The notes beneath the pieces are model-generated. The model was not told where the DNA came from. It was given only the letters and a program-made list of their open reading frames with translations, and made no database searches. Source: a virus (taxonomy: Duplodnaviria > Caudoviricetes). From it: 64,000 nt of DNA. The DNA is taken from positions 1 through 64,000 of the IMG/VR virus record IMGVR_UViG_3300026549_000071; one strand, written 5' to 3'. Position 1 is the stretch's first letter. Each line of letters begins with the position of its first letter. This document shows positions 29,824-38,432 of this stretch, piece after piece. The position numbers and the translations under genes are program-made.

Positions 29824-30246
29824 AAAAGATACCATAGATACGCCACCAACGTATCTATGGTATCTTAGTTGTTTTTGAGTTAATAAGAACGACTCCAACG
29901 AAAAACCAAAATTCCCGAAAACAATTGAAATCGCCCTTATATTTCTCTGACGAAACGATAAGGAATGAAGCAAAATTATCTACGTGATGTATTGCCATGA
30001 CCTCAGTCGTTTTTACTCGCCATTTGTTTGTGAGTTCTACCTACGTCATCTTAGATTTTAAACACATCCAATCTAAAAATCTTTACGATCCCACCCAAAG
30101 ATCGTTTTCAATAGAACTTTCAGTCTTTAATTTTTATCTTCACACATTTATCGAAAGCTTTCAATAGTATGTTTACACTAATTAAAAAAATTTACATCTT
30201 CATCCTATGAACTTTCATTTCATGTATATATTATTACCATAAGATA

Positions 30247-30307
30247 ATGAGCTAAGCATACTAGAAATGCTTAGCTCATAGCTCCCGAACTAGGAGCAGA
30301 AAGGAGG
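30247..30307 (+). promoter_or_regulatory. Cassette 2 two-hairpin 5' leader
   Basis: Hairpin 30247-30279 (loop ACTAGAA), hairpin 30281-30297 (loop CGAACTA), then AGAAAGGAGG; promoter motif at 30225. Confidence 0.75.
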
Positions 30308-30316
30308 ATCACCCAA

Positions 30317-30469
30317 ATGGATAAATCCATCCTCTATTGGTGGCATAAACCGAATGCCATCGAAGGGCGTTTCGATAGAGATGCCCAATTGAAAGAGGCT
30401 ATTGAACAAGTAAAGCGTGCACAACGTTTATTCGATAGCCTTGAGGAGAAGGATAAGAAAGTTTCTTAA
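30317..30469 (+). CDS. Cassette 2 peptide, 50 aa (MDKSILYWWHKPNAIEGRFDRDAQLKEAIEQVKRAQRLFDSLEEKDKKVS)
   Basis: Missed by the ORF track; clear paralogue of 19936-20088. Confidence 0.8.
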   Translation: MDKSILYWWHKPNAIEGRFDRDAQLKEAIEQVKRAQRLFDSLEEKDKKVS

Positions 30470-30481
30470 TCCTTAACTCAG

Positions 30482-30521
30482 AAAGAAAGAAGCTATTCTA
30501 GTTACGGCTTCTTTCTTTTTT
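30482..30521 (+). terminator. Cassette 2 terminator with TTCTAGT in its loop
   Basis: AAGAAAGAAGC-TATTCTAGTTACG-GCTTCTTTCTTTTTT. Confidence 0.75.
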
Positions 30522-30584
30522 GTCTGTAGTATTTTAAAAATTCTTTGAAATATATATTATTAAAGTAACAGGAGGTGAAAACCT

Positions 30585-31085
30585 ATGTTTATTCTCTTGC
30601 TATCTGGAACTGATATTGTCAGTTCTACCTATGAAGCAAATTTAAGAGAATATGCTCGTTTATTGCGGATAAAGAATCCTATGATCTATCAAGTCACAAA
30701 TCAGCAATATGATACGATTTGCAAGAAATATCGTTACGTTGAATCTGTGGAAAAGCAATCAGAAGAAAAGAATCCTCTTTACTGTACGGATTCTGATCTA
30801 GAAATGATTAGCAATGTCATGGAAGATGACCTAACGAAATTTGCATTGAAATTGCATAAAGTTGAAAAATGGACTTCGATGTTTCGTGGAAAATCTGCAA
30901 AACGACTAAGAAAAGCAATTCATGCTTTTCTCAAAGAACGAGTCGAAAACAAAGAATTTTCAATTGATGAATACGATGAAGTAGGAAGATTGATGGAAAA
31001 AGTCAAACTTCGGGATTATGCAAAATCAATCCTCAAACGTAGTTATAAAGACGTTTATGGATTAGGAGGAGAAGAAGATGCTTGA
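30585..31085 (+). CDS. Hypothetical protein
   Basis: GGAGGT RBS; TATATATTAT motif at 30551. Confidence 0.7.
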   Translation: MFILLLSGTDIVSSTYEANLREYARLLRIKNPMIYQVTNQQYDTICKKYRYVESVEKQSEEKNPLYCTDSDLEMISNVMEDDLTKFALKLHKVEKWTSMFRGKSAKRLRKAIHAFLKERVENKEFSIDEYDEVGRLMEKVKLRDYAKSILKRSYKDVYGLGGEEDA

Positions 31086-31632
31086 CCCCGATGAAAAACA
31101 AAAACTTCGTCCGTATTATTTTCGAATGTTAAAACGACTCGGTTGGAATGTGGTTTACGATAATAACAAGAAGCTGACGAATACATTGGTTGATGTATCT
31201 CTTATGCTTCAAAGGGAGAAAGAGGATGATAACCATAAGAAACATACGGAGTATGGATTCTTAGAGGTTCCTTATACGTCTCCCTGTTCATATGAAAAGT
31301 TTGGAGAGCAACGCCTTCATCCGAATAATGGAGAATTTGCAAAATTGGTCAACTACGTTGATAGCTTAATTTATCCATATGATTTGGACGACGTTGTGTG
31401 TCAGTTGCTTCACTTAGGTTATAGTATTACACAGGTTTATACGGTACAAAACGGAAAACTTGCGTTAAAACTAAACCGAAAGATGATTGAAGGACTGATT
31501 GCAGACTTCGTTAAGAAGGGTTCTCCCTTACTGAATAATGAGCAACTTCGTAGACCTCACAAAATTAAAGAGCGTCGACCAATCAAGACATTTGTAAATC
31601 CAGATGTCTTCTTTGGTCGTAACTCCCAATAA
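31078..31632 (+). CDS. Hypothetical protein
   Basis: 184-aa ORF coupled to the upstream gene. Confidence 0.7.
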   Translation: MLDPDEKQKLRPYYFRMLKRLGWNVVYDNNKKLTNTLVDVSLMLQREKEDDNHKKHTEYGFLEVPYTSPCSYEKFGEQRLHPNNGEFAKLVNYVDSLIYPYDLDDVVCQLLHLGYSITQVYTVQNGKLALKLNRKMIEGLIADFVKKGSPLLNNEQLRRPHKIKERRPIKTFVNPDVFFGRNSQ

Positions 31633-31669
31633 ATTTTTAGTAGTTTTTAGAAGAAGGAGAAATGTAGTC

Positions 31670-31975
31670 ATGGCTAAGAAGAAAGAACAGAAATTCCTCA
31701 AGAAGCTCCGCAAGAGCGTTTTCAACAGTCGCAGCGAACTTGCACAATACATCGCTGACGACGAGGACAAACGTTGGTACAAGGAAAAGAAGGAAGATAT
31801 CAAAGATCTCACAAGGGATCTCATCAATGATCCATTCCAGATCATGAAGAAAGATCCTTCCAACCCAGAGCTCATGAAACCGACGGACGTGAAAGAGCTT
31901 GCTCTTCGTGTAGCACAGCATGAGAAGCTTTTGCTTGCTCTTGCATATTGCTACATTTACGAGAACAATAAGTAA
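31670..31975 (+). CDS. Small basic hypothetical protein (MAKKKEQKF...)
   Basis: AAGGAG RBS, biased codons, terminator downstream. Confidence 0.7.
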   Translation: MAKKKEQKFLKKLRKSVFNSRSELAQYIADDEDKRWYKEKKEDIKDLTRDLINDPFQIMKKDPSNPELMKPTDVKELALRVAQHEKLLLALAYCYIYENNK

Positions 31976-32111
31976 AATCAATGAATAGGTCGAGTTTAAG
32001 TATTGGATCACTGACCGATTGGCACTCCAATATGCGAACCCGACATATACACAAAAAGAAGTTTGGAGTTGATATCACCAAACTTCTTTTTTTACCGTAA
32101 TACGTTCATTT

Positions 32112-32123
32112 AACAATGATGTA
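32112..32123 (+). promoter_or_regulatory. Recurrent NACA-N6-TA motif (putative late phage promoter), representative copy
   Basis: Intergenic copies at 8600, 12314, 26369, 32112, 35212, 38328, 38841, 45897, 48882, 50896, 55883 (+) and 34702-34713 (-); short motif, so some may be chance. Confidence 0.6.
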
Positions 32124-32155
32124 AAAATATCTAATGTAAAAGAGGTGAAATCGAA

Positions 32156-32836
32156 ATGCGAATTCCACGTATTGACCATTATGATACTTCTATGGAAGAA
32201 GAAACCATAGAAGTTTCCGACTTCCAATTTGAACCGAGACATTATGACCTAGGAAATGATAAGCAAAAGTTCAAATATATTTCTACAATTGAACGGATGT
32301 GCCGTTCATCCAAAGAATACAAAGATTTGATTGCTTACTTGCGAAATTCCCTTGGGATGAGTTTCTGTTCCTTCTTCCATAAAGTCAATCAAAAGAATTT
32401 CGATAAAGCTCGGATTCGTATTGAAATTCATCATGAGCCGTTTACTCTCTATGATATCGTAGCTGTAGTTTTGAATCATCGTCTTGATGAAGGAGAAGAT
32501 CATGACATGCTAACCATTTGTGATGAAGTCATGAAACTTCATTATATGGGTTATGTAGGATTGATTCCTCTTTCCACTACGGTACATGAGTTGGTTCATT
32601 CTGGAAAATTGTTTATTCCCTTGCAGTTCATTGATATCGGTTTCAATAACTTTTATAATATATATAAAGAAACGATCAAAGGAATGGATGGACTTTGCGA
32701 TATGTTACAGGCAAAGGTTGCATTGAGTAAGCAATTTGAAGAGAACCCGGATGAGTTTATGGCAATTCTCAAGAAGAAGTATATTTACGTTGTGAATGAT
32801 GGATACGATAGTATTCCGGATAAGATCATAAAGTAA
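32156..32836 (+). CDS. HNH/His-Me-finger-like protein, paralogue A
   Basis: IEIHHEPF...GLIPLSTTVHELVH pattern; AACA-N6-TA motif at 32112. Confidence 0.5.
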   Translation: MRIPRIDHYDTSMEEETIEVSDFQFEPRHYDLGNDKQKFKYISTIERMCRSSKEYKDLIAYLRNSLGMSFCSFFHKVNQKNFDKARIRIEIHHEPFTLYDIVAVVLNHRLDEGEDHDMLTICDEVMKLHYMGYVGLIPLSTTVHELVHSGKLFIPLQFIDIGFNNFYNIYKETIKGMDGLCDMLQAKVALSKQFEENPDEFMAILKKKYIYVVNDGYDSIPDKIIK

Positions 32837-32880
32837 AAGAGTTCTTCAGCCTTTCGAGTATATATTATATACTTAATAAA

Positions 32881-32938
32881 ATGGATCAAGCAGACTAGAA
32901 CTGCTTGATCCATCGTTCCCGAACTAGGAACAGAAAGG
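32881..32938 (+). promoter_or_regulatory. Cassette 3 two-hairpin 5' leader
   Basis: Hairpin 32881-32913 (loop ACTAGAA), hairpin 32915-32931 (loop CGAACTA), then AGAAAGG; promoter motif at 32859. Confidence 0.75.
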
Positions 32939-32950
32939 CTGGTGAGTCCC

Positions 32951-33094
32951 ATGACTAAGGAATCCCCTTGGGAGAAGTTACTCCCAAATGAAAAACTTGT
33001 CCCCACAAGTTTGACAAAACAGGCGATCCTTGATTGTGCTGACGTTCTGCGTACGCATAAAATGATTCGCCTGATTCCTGGATGGTGTAAATAA
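32951..33094 (+). CDS. Cassette 3 peptide, 47 aa (MTKESPWEKLLPNEKLVPTSLTKQAILDCADVLRTHKMIRLIPGWCK)
   Basis: Missed by the ORF track; occupies the same slot as the peptides of cassettes 1 and 2 but is unrelated in sequence. Confidence 0.65.
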   Translation: MTKESPWEKLLPNEKLVPTSLTKQAILDCADVLRTHKMIRLIPGWCK

Positions 33095-33110
33095 CACTAT
33101 TTAGGAAATG

Positions 33111-33147
33111 AAGGAAGAAGTATTTCTAGTATGCTTCTTTCTTTTTT
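33111..33147 (+). terminator. Cassette 3 terminator with loop exactly TTCTAGT
   Basis: AAGGAAGAAGTAT-TTCTAGT-ATGCTTCTTTCTTTTTT. Confidence 0.75.
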
Positions 33148-33258
33148 GTTGCCTGATATTTCAAAATAAATTTGGAATATATATCATACCTTAGAATTAA
33201 TGGCCCGTAACATTAGTTCTATTTTGGTATTTTAATTTGAAAGGATATGTGATTTACA

Positions 33259-33633
33259 ATGGCAAAATATATTATGAATGCGGTCTCTGGTAACATGTTC
33301 GATCTCAGCAAGGAATTCGATCTTTGCTGGAAGCCATTGAGCTTGAACGATGTTAAGAAACTTCTGAAACAGGGGGACTGGAAGTCCGTGCTCGGGCACG
33401 ATGACATCGCAAATCTTTTGAGTGAAATGACCGGTTATCATCTTGAGAAAAACCGTGTCAATAATACGCTCGAATTCGGTGATAGTGCAATTCTTGCACA
33501 GTACAAAGGGCCGAGACTCGAAGAGGGAGCGACGAAGCTTCCGAAAGGTGCAACTATCCAGTTTGCACTCGTGTATCCCGCAGAGCATATTAGCCGCCAA
33601 TATATTGGCAACGGTGAAACGCTCGAAGGATAA
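33259..33633 (+). CDS. DUF1874 / STIV B116 / YddF-like small protein
   Basis: YIMNAVSGNM...SVLGHDDIANLLSEMTG..LEKNR....GD......PRLEEG matches my recollection of that family pattern. Confidence 0.65.
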   Translation: MAKYIMNAVSGNMFDLSKEFDLCWKPLSLNDVKKLLKQGDWKSVLGHDDIANLLSEMTGYHLEKNRVNNTLEFGDSAILAQYKGPRLEEGATKLPKGATIQFALVYPAEHISRQYIGNGETLEG

Positions 33634-33748
33634 ATAAAAAGAAGTCTATGCGGGTAGACTTCTTTTTTATTACAATCAGTTTTATTTTTTTTTTGAGTAT
33701 ATATTATTACTGAAGTAAACCGCATGCATCATAAAAGGAGGGATTAAC

Positions 33749-34003
33749 ATGCAAGTTTACTATGGCGTAATCTCGGATCTCCCTATGGGTATTGACAGGG
33801 AGATCGTCGGCTACAAAGTCGTCAGCCAAACGGGAGAGAGCATGTTCAATAGCTATGAATCGGCTGTTGAATATGCACGCAAGGCAGAATGGGCCTATGT
33901 ATATGAGGTCTATTCTTGCCATGATCTCGATCGAGATGTTCCAGACTGGGAAGAAGAAGGCGATTGTGTATTTGAATATGAAAACACATGGTTTGACGAG
34001 TGA
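33749..34003 (+). CDS. Small acidic hypothetical protein, probably early
   Basis: AGGAGG RBS; TATATATTAT motif at 33698; terminator downstream. Confidence 0.7.
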   Translation: MQVYYGVISDLPMGIDREIVGYKVVSQTGESMFNSYESAVEYARKAEWAYVYEVYSCHDLDRDVPDWEEEGDCVFEYENTWFDE

Positions 34004-34053
34004 AAAAAAGAAGTTGGCAAAGGAGGTGAATCTCGCCAACTTCTTTTTTTTTC

Positions 34054-34683
34054 TTATCGGTAACTCCAATTGACCATATTTTTTTCTAGATCTAGGATTT
34101 GATTATCTGTACTATGGAATTTCTTACTGAGATCAATATAACGATTGATCTTATCAATGTAAAGATCATCTAAACCATCATGATATTTCAGTAGAAATCT
34201 TCCAATGTTTCCAAGTCCTTGATTCAGGTTGATAAAGATCTCTCCCGTATCAATCAGTTGATGGACTGTTTTACTCAACACCACGAGTTGAATATTTCCT
34301 TGGAGATGTTCTTCTAATACGATTCTTGCAACTTTAAACGTTGTGATTTCTGGATCTTTTTTCTTCATGAGATAATTCGTTACGATGGCACAATAGTCGA
34401 ATAATGTTAGCATGGGTCCATGATGAATTTCCAAGGTAGCATCAAATCGACTAATATTTCCAAGTACCTGGCAATGATCCATATGTGCTTCTCGGATCAT
34501 AGAAACGATATTATCATAGTCTGGATGTTTCCTGATGAGATGCTCACATTCTCTCACAAATTTCACAAACTTATCCATTTGCATGAGGTAATCTTCATCT
34601 TTATAATAGGATAACTCAGAAAAAATATCCAAGTCGGATGTAAGTGTAGGATTTTCTGTTTGATCCGTATAGGTGACTCCCAT
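34054..34683 (-). CDS. HNH/His-Me-finger-like protein, paralogue B
   Basis: LEIHHGPMLTLFD...QLVVLSKTVHQLIDTG aligns with 32156-32836; CACA-N6-TA motif upstream. Confidence 0.5.
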   Translation of the reverse strand: MGVTYTDQTENPTLTSDLDIFSELSYYKDEDYLMQMDKFVKFVRECEHLIRKHPDYDNIVSMIREAHMDHCQVLGNISRFDATLEIHHGPMLTLFDYCAIVTNYLMKKKDPEITTFKVARIVLEEHLQGNIQLVVLSKTVHQLIDTGEIFINLNQGLGNIGRFLLKYHDGLDDLYIDKINRYIDLSKKFHSTDNQILDLEKNMVNWSYR

Positions 34684-34764
34684 AATAGAAGACCTCCTTT
34701 TTATTACCTTGTGAAATCATATTCCATGTGACATTCGGGTAAAAAAGAAAGGAAGATATCTAAG

Positions 34765-35202
34765 ATGAGTTTTTGGATGATATTCTTTGCAGTGCTATTA
34801 GCTATCCTAGTAGCAACTGCATTGAAATTGATCATTAGTATGATCTTTGCAAAAACAAACGCTCCAAATCCCATGATGGTTCCTGGACCAAAACCGCAGA
34901 TTACGGATGTATTATCCGAGCTTACCATGCTCATTCGATTAGAGTGTGTTGGATGCATTGATATTCCGCAATCGGTTAAAGCGATTCCACTCATTACAGA
35001 TTTCCATGATATCCAAATGGAGATCATTCATAATGTAGTAGAATCCCTTAGTACAGGTTTTTGGCTCTATGCAAATCGGGCTGGATTAACACGAAAATAC
35101 ATTGTTACGTACATCACCAGGCAGACACATGCAGAATTGCTAGATTTTATGGATAAGCATAATTATTCCATGACTTCTCCGAATGGTGACGCAGAAAAAT
35201 AA
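34765..35202 (+). CDS. Membrane-anchored hypothetical protein
   Basis: N-terminal TM helix. Confidence 0.65.
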   Translation: MSFWMIFFAVLLAILVATALKLIISMIFAKTNAPNPMMVPGPKPQITDVLSELTMLIRLECVGCIDIPQSVKAIPLITDFHDIQMEIIHNVVESLSTGFWLYANRAGLTRKYIVTYITRQTHAELLDFMDKHNYSMTSPNGDAEK

Positions 35203-35250
35203 TTTTATAAACACATAATACTATTATTTTTTATATGAGGTGAATACTAA

Positions 35251-35754
35251 GTGGAAGATTTAAGTAAATACCCCAGAACACTGACTTCAAGAGAAGACTA
35301 TGATTACATACGAGAGAATTTCCCTATGGAATATTGGTTAACCGATTATCAGCAGTTAATCGATGATTCCATTGAAGTAGTTCCTATTTTCGTTTGTGAT
35401 AAGGTTCACATTAAAAAAGGAAAACATGCAGAGATCATCAAAGTTCATCGTGTAAAAGAATCGGAAAAGAAATCTCTTACGGAACTGGTAAAAGATAATC
35501 CGGGTATTTCGTTGTACTTCGATGAATCGAAGTATCCATACACAGATCTTCGTGAGTATGAATTGGAGAATGGGTCTAAGAAATATATCTTAGTAAGAAC
35601 ACAAGAAAAGAAGGATTCCAAAGCAAAACGTCTTGGGATTGACTTAGATGATATCATATCCTATACGATTGGAATTGATCCTTCGATTTTGCATGAAGAG
35701 GTGAAAGAAAATGATGCAGGTGAAAGTACATCTGATTCTTCTGGGAATGAGTGA
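35251..35754 (+). CDS. Hypothetical protein
   Basis: GAGGTG RBS, GTG start, CACA-N6-TA motif at 35212. Confidence 0.7.
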   Translation: MEDLSKYPRTLTSREDYDYIRENFPMEYWLTDYQQLIDDSIEVVPIFVCDKVHIKKGKHAEIIKVHRVKESEKKSLTELVKDNPGISLYFDESKYPYTDLREYELENGSKKYILVRTQEKKDSKAKRLGIDLDDIISYTIGIDPSILHEEVKENDAGESTSDSSGNE

Positions 35755-36073
35755 ATTTCTCTATGTAGAAGGAAATGTTCCAGCAAGCTCACTGTTAATT
35801 CCCATGAGTCAGATCGTATCTATTGATGAAATGCTAGATGAAAACCAAGAAATATTTGTTCGGATATATTTTGGTAGTTTAGAGAGTAAACTTGATCTTA
35901 CTGGATATACCATGAAGCAATTCATTGAAGAATTGCAGGGTCCCGTTGAAAATGCGACGAAGAAAGTAAAAGAAGAAATAGAGAAAGGAATGAAACTAAA
36001 TGACGGTTACAAAGAAATTAGAAAATGGGGAAAAGAAGGAGTCAAATGGAACCCCTCAGGAAAATACCGTTAA
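35747..36073 (+). CDS. Hypothetical protein
   Basis: Coupled ORF within the operon. Confidence 0.55.
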   Translation: MSEFLYVEGNVPASSLLIPMSQIVSIDEMLDENQEIFVRIYFGSLESKLDLTGYTMKQFIEELQGPVENATKKVKEEIEKGMKLNDGYKEIRKWGKEGVKWNPSGKYR

Positions 36074-36092
36074 GATTCTCACAGAGAAAGAA

Positions 36093-36650
36093 ATGAGTAA
36101 GAACTGGGAGAAACTTGATCATCATGAATGCTGTCTGTATCAGAAATTCTCTGTAGAGTTTCTGAAGAAGCATGAAAAGACGATTGATTGGAAAGCTCTT
36201 ACGATTAATCCGAATCTTACCATTGAGATTTTGGATGCATTCCCAAAGAAGATTGATTGGATTTCTCTGTGTGTGAATGAGAAGCCTCTTGCAGATACGA
36301 TTATCTATAACTATCGTAGAAATATCTATTGGCAGCTTCTTCTCCCTCATCGAATTATGGATATGAAACTTCTCGTATTCCTTTCGGAATTCTATAAGAA
36401 GTCTCGTGTGAAGAATATGCCGATGTTTTGGAAATCTGTTTCACGGTATGCAAAATTCGACATTGATTATGTAGATGAGTATCATCGGAAACTGGATTTC
36501 AAGGAAATGAGTTACAATCCATTTCTGGATAATGAAACGATTGATAAGTATTACGATAAGTTTGATCCGAAAGTTCTTCTTCGTATGAGAAGTCTTCAGC
36601 CGAAGATTCTCTTGAAGCATGAAGAATACTTCCGTCCTTATCTCAACTAA
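36093..36650 (+). CDS. Trp-repeat (DW-x-x-LS-x-N type) protein
   Basis: Roughly 24-aa repeats IDWKALTINPNL, IDWISLCVNEKPL, IYWQLLL, FWKSVSRY, LDFKEMSYNPFL; start uncertain. Confidence 0.55.
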   Translation: MSKNWEKLDHHECCLYQKFSVEFLKKHEKTIDWKALTINPNLTIEILDAFPKKIDWISLCVNEKPLADTIIYNYRRNIYWQLLLPHRIMDMKLLVFLSEFYKKSRVKNMPMFWKSVSRYAKFDIDYVDEYHRKLDFKEMSYNPFLDNETIDKYYDKFDPKVLLRMRSLQPKILLKHEEYFRPYLN

Positions 36651-36741
36651 GATTTTCAATCGTTCTATGAAATATATATTATAATGATGGAGAGTCAAAA
36701 AGATCTCCATCATTATAATACTTTTAGAAGGAGGTTTTTAC

Positions 36742-37227
36742 ATGGCGATTACAAAGAAAGAACGGTATCGTTATCAGATGAAACGTGATCGCATGGAAGA
36801 GAAAGATTGGAAGGAGGAAAAGATTGATAAGAAACTTCGTGAAGCATTTCAGCGTTTGAATCGTAGAGATTTTTATGAGTTCTATACAGATCCTGACACA
36901 AGATCGTATGAGAACTTTTTGAATTTCCTCACGATTCTCACAAAGAAGTTAGAGAGTTTCTATGGGAAGAAAAAGAAATACAAGAAGGATGAAGTCCAAG
37001 AGCTTTTGGAAACATTCTTCCGGGGAATTTCTGAACGTGGTTGTAAGACTATGAAAGCCATGGATAAGGCATTGAAGAAGACCGATGATCCAGATCTCTG
37101 CTCTTTCCCGTTCAATGGCTTAATGAAGTCAAAGATCTTCCATAGCTACAATCATAGTAGCTCGGTAGATCAGAGTTACAGCTTAGAAGATTCTTTTAAC
37201 CAAGGTGGTTTTGGATATGATTACTAA
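36742..37227 (+). CDS. Hypothetical protein, probably early
   Basis: AGGAGG RBS; TATATATTAT motif at 36673. Confidence 0.7.
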   Translation: MAITKKERYRYQMKRDRMEEKDWKEEKIDKKLREAFQRLNRRDFYEFYTDPDTRSYENFLNFLTILTKKLESFYGKKKKYKKDEVQELLETFFRGISERGCKTMKAMDKALKKTDDPDLCSFPFNGLMKSKIFHSYNHSSSVDQSYSLEDSFNQGGFGYDY

Positions 37228-37416
37228 GTACATGGAGTTCCAAGAATCCTCCGAAAATGATTCTTGGTGGAGCGGAAGATAAGCATTTTAATCACTCGGA
37301 TTTCAACGATGACTATTTCCATATTTGGCCGTAAAGTATAGTAATAGAATTTAAAAGGTTCTATTACTATACTTTAATTATATTCATATAGAAGAATTTC
37401 TTAGGAGGAAACAAAA

Positions 37417-37806
37417 TTGGCTAGAACGAAAAAGAATGAAGAAATCTCTCTGGATGTTATTGTTCCGGAAGAGAAGAAATCCAGTCCTTTGTTTGGTGCT
37501 CTCTTGAGTTTCTTGAAGAATGATGATGCATCAGATTTCATCTTTTCGACTCTCAAGAGTACAATTCCTGACCTTACGTCTGGCATGATCAAACCAGTTG
37601 ATTTCTTCTTCAATGAGAAGGATAACTCCATGCATTGTTTGTTCGATATCAAGGTGTCGGATGAAAGCATTTACCATGTGGAGATTTCGATTCTCAAGAA
37701 GAAGGATCATATCAAATATGCTCTGGCAGTGGATAATGATCAGACGAAGTATAAGGTAAGTTTTGAACAGACGGAGTGGGCAAGCCTCCGTGAAGATGAT
37801 AAGTAA
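37417..37806 (+). CDS. Hypothetical protein
   Basis: AGGAGG RBS, TTG start. Confidence 0.7.
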   Translation: MARTKKNEEISLDVIVPEEKKSSPLFGALLSFLKNDDASDFIFSTLKSTIPDLTSGMIKPVDFFFNEKDNSMHCLFDIKVSDESIYHVEISILKKKDHIKYALAVDNDQTKYKVSFEQTEWASLREDDK

Positions 37807-37818
37807 AGGAGTTTCATT

Positions 37819-38322
37819 ATGTCAAAGAAACGTAAGAAAAACATCGGCGATAAAATCCTGAAGTTTGCAAAGAAGAATGCAAAGCATGAGTCTGCCTCAG
37901 AAGCAGCAAAGAAAGAAGAATACGAAGAAGAAATGGAATTTGACAACTCCATGGCTCGGAAGAGTATTTACTCCGTATATGCTTCTGCATTGGAAAACCC
38001 AGGAGATATTGCTTCCTACTTCGGTGATCCAGAAAAAGATGCTGCAAAATTCTTGCGTCTGATTATGGAGCAGAAATATGCGAAGGTGAAAGTTGAGCGT
38101 ATTCGTCTTACTGAGGTTGCTTTCGACAAGAAGACGGGAAAACTTACAGTTAAATTAAACGTGGTTTATCCATTCAACGATGATAGCTACTTGGACGGAT
38201 ATGATTATATTGAAGCAAATATGATCACGAAGAAAAACACCAACTATGTTGATGTATTGGTTTGTGAACGTGCAAAGAATACTCTTTTTAAAGGAGAATT
38301 CCCAGTGCGCAAAGATAGCTGA
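37819..38322 (+). CDS. Hypothetical protein
   Basis: AAGGAG RBS, coupled to the upstream gene. Confidence 0.7.
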   Translation: MSKKRKKNIGDKILKFAKKNAKHESASEAAKKEEYEEEMEFDNSMARKSIYSVYASALENPGDIASYFGDPEKDAAKFLRLIMEQKYAKVKVERIRLTEVAFDKKTGKLTVKLNVVYPFNDDSYLDGYDYIEANMITKKNTNYVDVLVCERAKNTLFKGEFPVRKDS

Positions 38323-38432
38323 TTCTAAACAGTAATGTAAGGTCAGCTATTATAGGCCATATATACTCCGATAAAAAAGTAAAGCAACAAACCTTGCTTT
38401 ACTTTTTTATTTCTGAAAGGTGGAAATATATT

